A stretch of 35,996 bases of DNA from an uncultured bacterium (GCA_963923845.1 CAWULR010000003.1:1-35996); one strand, 5' to 3'; positions 16,444 through 24,865 are shown, numbered from the stretch's first letter. Notes: a model not told the origin generated them from the letters alone. A program made the numbers and translations.

Positions 16444-18999
16444 CTACTTCCCGCGCAGGTTCGACGGCAGGACCGGAAGCGCCCGCGCAGGATCGTGGCG
16501 TCGCCCGGCGACGGTGTTCTCCCAGTTGCTCTCGCCGCGGATGAACGTAGCCTCCGAGGTGCGCTCGATCTTCGCGAGTGCGATCAAGTCGATCATCGGC
16601 TCGCTGCGATCCGTGTGCGCGAGTTCGAAATCGAAGCCGCTGCGAAGCGCGTCGTACGGACATGCGTCGACGCAGATGCCGCAGAGGATGCAGCGCGACT
16701 CGTCGACTTCGTACTTGGTGAGGATGCGCGGCTTCGGCATGAGTGCGCCGGTCGGGCACGTCTCTGCGCATCGCCCGCACGAGACGCACGGCGACTCGTT
16801 GAGGCTCATGTCGAGCGGCGTGGTGACGAGCGTGTCGAATCCGGTGCGCATGAAGTCGTAGCAGGCGGCGCCCACGACCTCGGCGCAGACGTTGGCGCAG
16901 CGGCCGCAGTCGATGCATCGCGATGGCTCGCGCAGGATGAAGGCGTGCGAATCGTCGCGCACGTAGTCGTGGTTTGCGCCCGTCCAGCGGTTCTCCGTGA
17001 TCGAGCGGAAGCCGGCACCGTGGCGATGCTCCTTCTCGAGGCTCTTCAGCGTGGTGCCGTACTCGATGCCGAGTCGGCGCAGGTCGCAGAAGCCGATCGC
17101 CTCGCAGGTGCACTGGAGGCAGCGCGTGCTCTCCGCCATCGCCTCTGACTTGCTGTAGGGGATCTCGTACTGGATGTAGTCGTGCTTCCGCTCGTCGGCG
17201 TGGAGCGCCTTGAGTCGGAGCCGCGGCTCTTTCGTCTCGCCGGTGAACGGCACGATGCTGAGGAACTCGGGCTGCGGCTCGGCCAGTGTCTGGCGCGTGC
17301 GGATCTCGCCGAGATCGAGCCCCTTCAGATAGGCGTCGGCGGCGTAGGCGCAGCGACGACCGTCGGCGATCGAGGCGACGACGGTCGTGGCGCCGTTGCG
17401 CACGTCGCCACAGCCGAAGACGCCGTCGCGGCCGGTCTGGAAGGTGACGGCGTCCGCCTTCAGTCGACCGTTCTTCGTGGCGCTCACCCCGTCGGCGCCG
17501 ACGCTCGCCCAGGTCATGTCCGGCCCCTGACCGATCGCCTTGAGGATGCGGTCGCACTCGATGATGAACTCCGTCCCCGGAGCCGGCTCGGGTCGGCGCC
17601 GACCCGATGCGTCTGGCGCGCCGAGCTGCATGCGGATGAACTCGAGGCCCTTGACGCGGTTCTTCTCGTCCACGATGACGCGCGTCGGACCCGCCTGGAA
17701 GATGGCGCGGGCCCCCTCCTCGATCATCTCGTGCACTTCGTCCGCGGCCGGCATGTCCTTCATGTCGCGTCGGTAGACGAGCGTCACCTCCTTTGCGCCG
17801 AGGCGGATGCTCGTGCGCGAGCAGTCCATCGAGGTGTAGCCGCCGCCGACCACCACCACGCGGCTCCCTTCGTGGTTCGGATACTCGAGGCCGAGCGCGG
17901 CGGTGTGCAGATAGTCGAGGCCGTCGATCACCCCTTCGGCGTCTTCGCCCGGGATGCCGAGATCGTTCGTGTCGTAGCAGCCGATCGCCACGATCACCGC
18001 GTCGTAGCCCTGCGCCTTGAGGTCGGCGGTGGTGAAGTCGCGCCCGAGCATCTTGCCGCACTCGAATCGGCCGCCGAGTCGCGTGATCGACTGGTACTCG
18101 CCGTCGAGCACCTCGATCTTCGGCAGGCGGTACTGCGGGATTCCGTACCGGAGCATGCCGCCTGGCTCCGGATCCTTCTCGAAGATCGTGACGTCATGGC
18201 CGGCAACCAAGAGGTAGTAGGCGGCGGATGCACCGGCGGGACCCGAACCGATCACGGCGACGCGCTTCCCGGTCTTCGGCTGCAGCTCGAACGGAAGCGG
18301 CGGATCGATGTTCTCGTCCCACATCGCCTTCAGCACCTGATCGCCGGCGTAGCGGTGGCTGTCGCGGATCGCGATCGCTTCGTCCACTTCGTCGCGGCGG
18401 CAGTGGTCCTCGCACGGCGCCGGGCAGACGCGTCCGAGGATGCTCGGGAACGGAATCGTGCGCTTGAAGATGCGCGCCGACTCGCGGAACTGCGATTCGG
18501 CGTTCGCCTTCAAGAAGCCCGGAATGTCGATGTGGCTCGGGCACTTGTTCTGGCAGGGCGGCAGGCAGTAGGCGTTGTGGTCGCTGAAGATCAGCTCCAG
18601 GTTGGTGCGACGGATCTCGCGCAGCCGATCGGTCTGCGTCGCGATCACCGTCTCCGGCTCCGCCTTCGCAGAGCAGCTGATCAACGGCGCGTCGCACCCC
18701 TCGACGTCGACGACGCACATGCGGCAGGCGCCGAACCCCGGCAGCTTCGGGTCGTAGCAGAGCGTCGGCACCTCGATGCCGTTCGCGCGGCAGACCTCGA
18801 GGATCGTCTGTCCTTCGAACGCCTCGAGTCGGTTTCCGTCGATCTCAACGTAGAACGTCGGGGTGCGCTGCGGTCGCTGAGGGCTGCGCGTCGAGAGGAG
18901 TCGTTCGAGCGCCTGGCTCTCCAGTGCCTGGTTCTCGCTCGCGGCTGCGTGCTCGCTCGGCGCAAGGTTGCCGCTCGGTCGCTCCATCAGGCCGGCCAT
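16444..18999 (-). CDS. Chimeric Fe-S flavoprotein: NuoG-type N-terminal Fe-S module, GltD/NfnB-like FAD-NAD(P)H domain, 2x[4Fe-4S], and C-terminal half of NuoI
   Basis: [2Fe-2S] IEVPTLC...GACRMC...C; GltD motifs PPCQNKCP, LGRVCPAPCE, GSGPAG, GGMLRYGIP, GGGYTSMD, VYRR; RCIDCGRCANVC and CVSCGRCAETCPTGAL; NuoI-like tail YEVDESRCILCGICVDACPYDAL..GFDFELA. Confidence 0.9.
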   Translation of the reverse strand: MAGLMERPSGNLAPSEHAAASENQALESQALERLLSTRSPQRPQRTPTFYVEIDGNRLEAFEGQTILEVCRANGIEVPTLCYDPKLPGFGACRMCVVDVEGCDAPLISCSAKAEPETVIATQTDRLREIRRTNLELIFSDHNAYCLPPCQNKCPSHIDIPGFLKANAESQFRESARIFKRTIPFPSILGRVCPAPCEDHCRRDEVDEAIAIRDSHRYAGDQVLKAMWDENIDPPLPFELQPKTGKRVAVIGSGPAGASAAYYLLVAGHDVTIFEKDPEPGGMLRYGIPQYRLPKIEVLDGEYQSITRLGGRFECGKMLGRDFTTADLKAQGYDAVIVAIGCYDTNDLGIPGEDAEGVIDGLDYLHTAALGLEYPNHEGSRVVVVGGGYTSMDCSRTSIRLGAKEVTLVYRRDMKDMPAADEVHEMIEEGARAIFQAGPTRVIVDEKNRVKGLEFIRMQLGAPDASGRRRPEPAPGTEFIIECDRILKAIGQGPDMTWASVGADGVSATKNGRLKADAVTFQTGRDGVFGCGDVRNGATTVVASIADGRRCAYAADAYLKGLDLGEIRTRQTLAEPQPEFLSIVPFTGETKEPRLRLKALHADERKHDYIQYEIPYSKSEAMAESTRCLQCTCEAIGFCDLRRLGIEYGTTLKSLEKEHRHGAGFRSITENRWTGANHDYVRDDSHAFILREPSRCIDCGRCANVCAEVVGAACYDFMRTGFDTLVTTPLDMSLNESPCVSCGRCAETCPTGALMPKPRILTKYEVDESRCILCGICVDACPYDALRSGFDFELAHTDRSEPMIDLIALAKIERTSEATFIRGESNWENTVAGRRHDPARALPVLPSNLRGK

Positions 19000-20264
19000 T
19001 ATTTGCTCCGTCCCGCTACTGCACCGCTCGTTTCAGCGGCGACTCCGGTTGGCACGAACTCTCGCTCGAAGTATCGCATCCCCGTCAGGAGCGGGCTCGG
19101 TGTCAATCGCTCGTGCGCGCAGAGCGCGCTGTCGGCGACATCGGCGGCGAGTGCATGGAGCCTCTGCACATCGTTCGGGCCGGCGAGCCCGTCGACGAAG
19201 CGTTGTCCGATCTCGGCGAGGCGGCGAGTGCCGATACGGCACGGGATCGTCTTCCCGCACGCTTCGTCGGCGCACCATCGGGTCAACAGCGCAGCAAGCT
19301 CCGGGATGGCGGTGCCCTGGTCGACGGCGAGGAGGGCGCCCGAGCCGATATGGGCACCGACGGCGGCCAGGCCGCGGCCGCTGTAGGGCGTGCTCGCCAG
19401 CAGGTTCGCGGGGACGAAACCGCCAGACGGCCCACCGACGAGCAGCGCCTTGATCGTGGCGCCCTTCGTGGGGCCACCCGCTGCGGCGACGATCTCGGCG
19501 AGCGTCGTGCCGGTCGGAACCTCCATCACGCCGACGCTGGCGAGCGGACCGCCGACCTGCACGAGTGCGGTGCCGGGCTCCGCCGGGTCGCCGATCTCCG
19601 CGAATGCGCGGGCTCCGTTGCCGACGATCCACGTCACCGCTGCGAGCGTCGCCACGTTGTTGACGGCGGTCGGCTTCCCCAGATACCCGACGGTCGATGG
19701 ATACGGTGGTGTCTGTTCAGGTTGACCCCGTCGACCGGCAAGCGCCTTGAGCAGCACCGTCTCCTCGCCGATCATGCTCGAGCCCTGCAACGGCCGCACG
19801 CTCATCGTCAGCTCTCGGCCGCTCCCGAGCAGATCGGAGCCGAACACGCCGTCTCGCTCGGCGCCCTGGATGATCGCCTCGAGGCGACGGATCGCGTCCG
19901 TGTACTCCGCACGCACCGCGATGAAGGCGTGGCGCGCACCGACGGCGAGCGCAGCGATCGCGAGGCCCTCGACGACCGCCTGCGCGTTCTTCTCGAGAAG
20001 GAGTCGGTTCGTGAACGCGGCGGGGTCCGACTCGTACCCGTTGGCAACGGCGTATCGCTCGTCGGCGTCGCTCGCGGCGGTGATCCGCCACTTCTCGCCG
20101 GTGAGGAATCCGCCGCCGCCCTTGCCGCGCAGGCCCGCGTCGATGAGCGTCTGGAGCGTCGACACAGATCCGGCGGAGATGGCGCTGCGCAGCGCCGCCC
20201 ACGGCGTCGCCGGCGGCGACATGAGCAGCTGCGACCAGCCTTTCGGTGCGGCGATCAACTTCAT
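18999..20264 (-). CDS. nuoF: NuoF-like flavoprotein subunit with degenerate motifs
   Basis: GLRGKGGGGFLTGEKW, GEETVLL, PPYP...GKPTAVNNVAT, GGPSGG, EACGKTIPCRIG. ATG at 20264 overlaps the upstream TGA; its TAA overlaps the next ATG. Confidence 0.88.
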   Translation of the reverse strand: MKLIAAPKGWSQLLMSPPATPWAALRSAISAGSVSTLQTLIDAGLRGKGGGGFLTGEKWRITAASDADERYAVANGYESDPAAFTNRLLLEKNAQAVVEGLAIAALAVGARHAFIAVRAEYTDAIRRLEAIIQGAERDGVFGSDLLGSGRELTMSVRPLQGSSMIGEETVLLKALAGRRGQPEQTPPYPSTVGYLGKPTAVNNVATLAAVTWIVGNGARAFAEIGDPAEPGTALVQVGGPLASVGVMEVPTGTTLAEIVAAAGGPTKGATIKALLVGGPSGGFVPANLLASTPYSGRGLAAVGAHIGSGALLAVDQGTAIPELAALLTRWCADEACGKTIPCRIGTRRLAEIGQRFVDGLAGPNDVQRLHALAADVADSALCAHERLTPSPLLTGMRYFEREFVPTGVAAETSGAVAGRSK

Positions 20265-21082
20265 GCGGCGTATCTCCCCGCAAGCGCCGCCGCCCACGTC
20301 TCGGCGTTGCGACTCGACAGATCGCGTTGCGGTTCTCCGTCGATCACCACGAGCGGCGACGGTGCGTCGGGAAGGTGCGTCGGCAGCGCCTCGAGTCGGA
20401 GGTTGCTCCATGGAATCGCGTGGCCGAACTCGGTGCCGAATTCGTATGAGAGCGTCCCGATCACGCGACCCGCGCCTGCGACCAGGCAGTTGGCGCAGCG
20501 ACACACGGCGATCGAGCGGTTTCGCCCCGGCTCGAAGGTGAGGTGCTTGTAGAAGGTCGCCGTGCCGTAGACCATCGCGTACCAGGCGCCGGTGGCGCGA
20601 CTGATGCGCTTCAGCGCGTCGACGGGGAGATAACCGTACGCGGCCTGCACCGCTTCGAGGATCTGCAGCATGTGGTGCGGGTCGTAGTCGGCGCTCTCCA
20701 GCGCCGCCTCGACGGGACGAAGGTCGATCGCGCTCGCCTGTGACGCGGCCGCGTCGGAGACGGTTCGACCGGAGCGGCGCATCGCAGATTCCTCGCGACG
20801 CTCGGCGTACTGCTCTGCAGGACCCCAGTGCACCGCGTAGCGCCCTTTGGTGTCCGTGCCGCCCATGTCGATGCACTCGATCGGACACGCCTGCGCGCAC
20901 TGGAAACAGGTCTCGCACTTCAGCGTTCCGCGCTCGTCGGTGACGAGCTCGAGTCGACCTCGGTTTCGCGGGGCGATGTCCGGCTTCGCCTCCGGATACA
21001 TCACCGTCTTCTTCGGCTGGAAGAAGCGCGTCAGCGTGAGGCCCATTCCGCGGATGATTCCCGAGCCTGGAATCCGTGCCAT
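20261..21082 (-). CDS. Fusion of the NuoI N-terminal half to a NuoE-like domain
   Basis: NuoI-like GMGLTLTRFFQPKKTVMYPE...RNRGR...KCETCFQCAQACPIECI with only one Cys motif, then NuoE-like LQILEAVQAAYGYLP...VYGTATFY...VCRCANC..AGA. AGGAGG Shine-Dalgarno upstream. Confidence 0.9.
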   Translation of the reverse strand: MARIPGSGIIRGMGLTLTRFFQPKKTVMYPEAKPDIAPRNRGRLELVTDERGTLKCETCFQCAQACPIECIDMGGTDTKGRYAVHWGPAEQYAERREESAMRRSGRTVSDAAASQASAIDLRPVEAALESADYDPHHMLQILEAVQAAYGYLPVDALKRISRATGAWYAMVYGTATFYKHLTFEPGRNRSIAVCRCANCLVAGAGRVIGTLSYEFGTEFGHAIPWSNLRLEALPTHLPDAPSPLVVIDGEPQRDLSSRNAETWAAALAGRYAA

Positions 21083-21091
21083 CGCTCCTCC

Positions 21092-22429
21092 TTATGCGGT
21101 CAGCAGCACGGCGAGCGCCGTGGCGAAGAGGTTGAGCAGCGACGCAGGGAGGAGCCACTTCCAGGCAAAGCCCATCAGCTGGTCGATCCGCGCGCGCGGA
21201 AGGGTGCCGCGCATCCAGACGAAGATGAAGATCAACGTGAACGTCTTCAGGAGGAAGAAGACGAGGTCGGCGACCGGGGGGAGCATCGCCCAGGCCCAGG
21301 CGCCGACGACGGCGGTGGAGAGGGCGCCGAAGATGAGGAAGCCGGCGAGGAGCGCCTGCCAGGCCTTGATACGGGCGCTGATCGCGTAGATCGGGAGGCC
21401 GATCGCCAACGTCCCGAGGATCGGCGCGACGCCGGCGAGGATCGGGAGGAGGATGCCGAGGCTTCCGAGGTCGACGGCGATCTCGGGGTGGAACGGCAGG
21501 TCGATCGGCGCATTGGAGCCGCCCAGGAAGAGCGCGGAGAAGAGCGCCGAGACGATGAAGACGTTGACGTACTCGGCGAAGAAGAAGAAGCCGAAGCGCA
21601 TCCCGGAGTACTCGGTCGCAAACCCGGCGACGATCTCCTGGTCCGCCTCCGTGTTGTCGAACGGCGTGCGATTCGCCTCTGCGGTGATCGCGATGAAGAA
21701 GATGATCGCGGCGAGCGGCTGGCGGAAGATGAACCAGTCGAGCAGCGATCCACCCTGCGCCTCGACGATCTTCGGCAGCGACAGCGTGCCGGTGAGGATG
21801 ATGATGCCGACGACCGACAGCGTCAGCGGAATCTCGTAGCTGATCGCCTGCGCCGCGGCGCGAATCCCGCCGAGGAGCGAGTACTTGTTGAACGACGACC
21901 AGCCGGCCATCATCAGGCCCACCACGCCGAGGCCGCCGATCGCAAAGAAGTAGAGCAGCCCGAACTCGAGACCGGCGCTCGTGAGATCGGGGGCGAACGG
22001 GATCACCATCACCGTCATGAAGCTCGCGAGATAGACGACGACCGGCGCGAGCGTGAAGACCGGAACGTCGACGCTCGGCGGCGTGAAGTCCTCTTTCATC
22101 AGCACCTTGAGGCCGTGGACGACGCTCATCACGGCGCCGGCGGGACCGATGCGGTCCGGTCCGATGCGCAGGTTCATCAACGCGATGATCTTCATCTCCA
22201 TGTAGATCAGCAGGAACGCGACGGGAACCGTCACCAAGAAGGTGATCACGGACGCAGCAAGGAAGCGGACGATCGGCAGGTTTGCGGCGATCGTCGCGCC
22301 GATGAACGGTCCTGCGACGATCAAGAGTGCGGTCAGCGCCGCGCCGCCGATCGACAGGATCGGCAACAGGATGGCGAGCGCCCGCCCGCCCGGCGTCAGC
22401 CGCGACCAGACCGCCTGCGCGCCGCTCAC
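21092..22429 (-). CDS. nuoH: NADH-quinone oxidoreductase subunit H (enlarged)
   Basis: RIGPDR, KED, NKYSLLGGIRAAAQAISYE, AEANRTPFD, TEYSG, WMRGTLPRARIDQLM. GTG at 22429 is coupled to the nuoD stop. Confidence 0.96.
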   Translation of the reverse strand: MSGAQAVWSRLTPGGRALAILLPILSIGGAALTALLIVAGPFIGATIAANLPIVRFLAASVITFLVTVPVAFLLIYMEMKIIALMNLRIGPDRIGPAGAVMSVVHGLKVLMKEDFTPPSVDVPVFTLAPVVVYLASFMTVMVIPFAPDLTSAGLEFGLLYFFAIGGLGVVGLMMAGWSSFNKYSLLGGIRAAAQAISYEIPLTLSVVGIIILTGTLSLPKIVEAQGGSLLDWFIFRQPLAAIIFFIAITAEANRTPFDNTEADQEIVAGFATEYSGMRFGFFFFAEYVNVFIVSALFSALFLGGSNAPIDLPFHPEIAVDLGSLGILLPILAGVAPILGTLAIGLPIYAISARIKAWQALLAGFLIFGALSTAVVGAWAWAMLPPVADLVFFLLKTFTLIFIFVWMRGTLPRARIDQLMGFAWKWLLPASLLNLFATALAVLLTA

Positions 22430-23640
22430 TTGTCCACTCCGCCCATGACCGGATCGAGGCTCGCCATGACCGCCATGGTGTCGGCGATGAGGTTGCCGCG
22501 CGTCAGCGGCCCGACAAGCTGCAGGTGGACGAACGACGGATCGTGGATGCGCATCCTGAACGGCTGGTCGGTGCCATCCGAGATCGCGTAGACGCCGTAG
22601 GCGCCGCGCGGGCCCTCCACCGCACCGAAGGCGCGCCCCGGTCGCGGTCGCAGCAGTCTCGGCAGCTTCGCCATGACCGGTCCGTCCGGCATCTCGTGCA
22701 GCACCTGGTCGATGATGCGAATCGATTCGCGGATCTCGTCGATTCGGACCATGTAGCGCGCGAGCGAGTCGCCCTCCTCGCGCGTCGGAATGTCGAACTC
22801 GAGCTCTGGGTACACGAGATAGGGGCGGTCGCGTCGCAGGTCGAACGGAACGCCGGTTGCGCGAAGGTTCGGACCGGTGACGCCCATGCGCAGTGCGGTC
22901 GCCCTGTCCAGGGTGCCGAGGCCGCGCGTGCGGCGCACGAAGAGCTCGTTCTCGTTGATGAGGCCGGTGTTCGAGTCGATCTGCGCCGCAGCGCGACTCA
23001 TCCAGTTGCCGAGGCGGCTCATGAACTCGTGGTTCAGGTCGCCGTTGACGCCGCCGATGCGGTAGTAGTTGTAGAGCAGCTTCTGCCCCGTCAGCGCCGC
23101 GAGCATGTCCACGATCTCGTCGCGCTCGATGAAGGACCAGAGGATCGGCGTGATCCCGCCGAGGTCGAGCGCCATCCAGCCTTGGAAGAGGGTGTGGCTG
23201 GCGATGCGGTTCAGCTCCATCGTGAGGACGCGGATGTACTGGGCGCGGCGTGGAACCTCCACGTCCATGAGCTTCTCGAAGGCGGCGACGGGGGCGGCTT
23301 CGCAGAAGAGGGAGGCGACGTACTCGAGCGGATCCGTGTAGCAGATCGCCTGGTGGTAGTCGGCGTTCTCGCAGAGCTTCTCCACGCCGCGGTGCAGGTA
23401 GCCGAGCACGGGGTCGAGATCGACGACCTGCTCGCCGTTCACCTTGACGACGATGCGCAGCACGCCGTGCGTCGACGGGTGCTGCGGCCCCATGTTGACG
23501 AACATCTCGCCATCGCGAAGGTTGAGGAACTCTGCCTGGCGCTCCGTCTGCGCCGTCGGCGCCGGCTCGTACCACTCCGACGCGGCAGGGATCGCGATCC
23601 GCGGATCGTCGAGCGACGGGCGCGTCTGCTGCGTGGTCAC
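22426..23640 (-). CDS. nuoD: NADH-quinone oxidoreductase subunit D
   Basis: NMGPQHPSTHGVLR, GYLHRGVEK, ELNRIASH, VEGPRG, SLDPVMGGVDK. Confidence 0.97.
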   Translation of the reverse strand: MTTQQTRPSLDDPRIAIPAASEWYEPAPTAQTERQAEFLNLRDGEMFVNMGPQHPSTHGVLRIVVKVNGEQVVDLDPVLGYLHRGVEKLCENADYHQAICYTDPLEYVASLFCEAAPVAAFEKLMDVEVPRRAQYIRVLTMELNRIASHTLFQGWMALDLGGITPILWSFIERDEIVDMLAALTGQKLLYNYYRIGGVNGDLNHEFMSRLGNWMSRAAAQIDSNTGLINENELFVRRTRGLGTLDRATALRMGVTGPNLRATGVPFDLRRDRPYLVYPELEFDIPTREEGDSLARYMVRIDEIRESIRIIDQVLHEMPDGPVMAKLPRLLRPRPGRAFGAVEGPRGAYGVYAISDGTDQPFRMRIHDPSFVHLQLVGPLTRGNLIADTMAVMASLDPVMGGVDK

Positions 23641-23642
23641 CG

Positions 23643-24194
23643 CTACGCCCCTGCGCTCTTCCTGACCACGGTCGCGTGCGTGGCGTCTGCCGGCGTGCCG
23701 ACACGCTCCATGTTGCGCACGCCCGCTGCAGGCGATCGCGAAGCATCGTCGGCGAGGTGGAAGTCCTTTCGAAGCGGATGGCTGACGTAGTCGTCCGGCA
23801 TGTAGATGCGACGTAGATCGCGATTCCCCTCGAAGACGATCCCGAACATGTCGTACGCCTCGCGCTCCATCCACTCGGCGCCGGGCCAGAGCGAGACGAG
23901 CGAGTTCACGCGCGGTGCGTTGCGATCGACGCCGGCAACGATCACCCGCAACCAGTCGCTGCTCGAGAACGATGCGAGATGGTAGACGATCTGCATCTCC
24001 TCGCCGGTGTCCACGCCGCAGAGATCCATCAGGATCTCGAATGCGAATCGCGGCTCGTCGTGCAGCGCGCGGAGCACGGGGATCGCATCGGCGATGCCGA
24101 CGCGGATCTCCGTCTCGTCGAAGCGTTGGCGCACCGGCGCACGGAGGGTCTCGCCGAATCGGTCGTGCAGCGCGGCGGCGAGGGCGCGATCCAT
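23643..24194 (-). CDS. nuoC: NADH-quinone oxidoreductase subunit C
   Basis: DLCGVD and WMEREAYDMFGIVFEGNRDLRRIYMPDDYVSHPLRKDF. ATG at 24194 overlaps the nuoB TGA. Confidence 0.96.
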   Translation of the reverse strand: MDRALAAALHDRFGETLRAPVRQRFDETEIRVGIADAIPVLRALHDEPRFAFEILMDLCGVDTGEEMQIVYHLASFSSSDWLRVIVAGVDRNAPRVNSLVSLWPGAEWMEREAYDMFGIVFEGNRDLRRIYMPDDYVSHPLRKDFHLADDASRSPAAGVRNMERVGTPADATHATVVRKSAGA

Positions 24195-24865
24195 CAGATG
24201 CCGTCCGGAACCGTCGGTCCGATGGCCCGCTCGGGCCAGTGGCCGCGACGATCCTTGATGAGCTGTTGCAGCTTCATCATTCCGTAGATGAGTCCCTCGG
24301 GCCGCGGCGGACAGCCGGGGATGTAGACGTCGACCGGCATGACGCGGTCGATCCCCTGCACCACCGAATAGCTGCGCTTGTAGCGACCGCCGGAACAGGT
24401 GCAGTCGCCCATCGCAACAAGCCACTTCGGTTCTGGCATCTGCTCCCAGAGTCGGATCAGCGGTTCCGCCATCTTGGTTGTGAGCGTTCCGGCGACGATC
24501 AGCACATCTGCCTGTCGCGGCGATGCGCGGAACGGGAACATCCCCCACCGGTCGATGTCGTTCTTCGGTGTCGCGGTCGACATCATCTCGATCGCGCAGC
24601 AGGCGAGTCCGGAGAGGAGCGGCCAGAGACTGTTGGCGCGAATCAGATCCAGGACGATGTCGGCGGTGGTGGGGATTGCGCCGAGCGCGCCGCTCCAGCG
24701 CGCGTCGTCGACGCGTCCGTCGCCGGTCGCGTCATAGCGCGCCAGCTCCAAGTTCGGATGCTGCGCGAGGGGGATGCCGCCGTACGCTCGCGGATCGTCG
24801 GTCGTCCAGAGCGTGTTCTTCGCCACGATCGGCGCCTGGAGCGCGCGCTTCGGATCGCGCGTCAT
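24194..24865 (-). CDS. nuoB: NADH-quinone oxidoreductase subunit B
   Basis: [39 protein letters not shown] at 24865 overlaps the nuoA TGA. Confidence 0.97.
   Translation of the reverse strand: MTRDPKRALQAPIVAKNTLWTTDDPRAYGGIPLAQHPNLELARYDATGDGRVDDARWSGALGAIPTTADIVLDLIRANSLWPLLSGLACCAIEMMSTATPKNDIDRWGMFPFRASPRQADVLIVAGTLTTKMAEPLIRLWEQMPEPKWLVAMGDCTCSGGRYKRSYSVVQGIDRVMPVDVYIPGCPPRPEGLIYGMMKLQQLIKDRRGHWPERAIGPTVPDGI

Noticed and set aside
16444-18999. [FeFe]-hydrogenase, formate dehydrogenase or glutamate synthase
   Set aside because: No H-cluster motifs, no molybdopterin domain and no gltB in the window. Only the shared Fe-S and GltD modules are present.
16740-20850. Mobile element, intron or intein as the cause of the nuoI interruption
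   Set aside because: No transposase, integrase, reverse transcriptase, terminal repeats or splice motifs were seen. The insert consists of redox subunits fused in frame.
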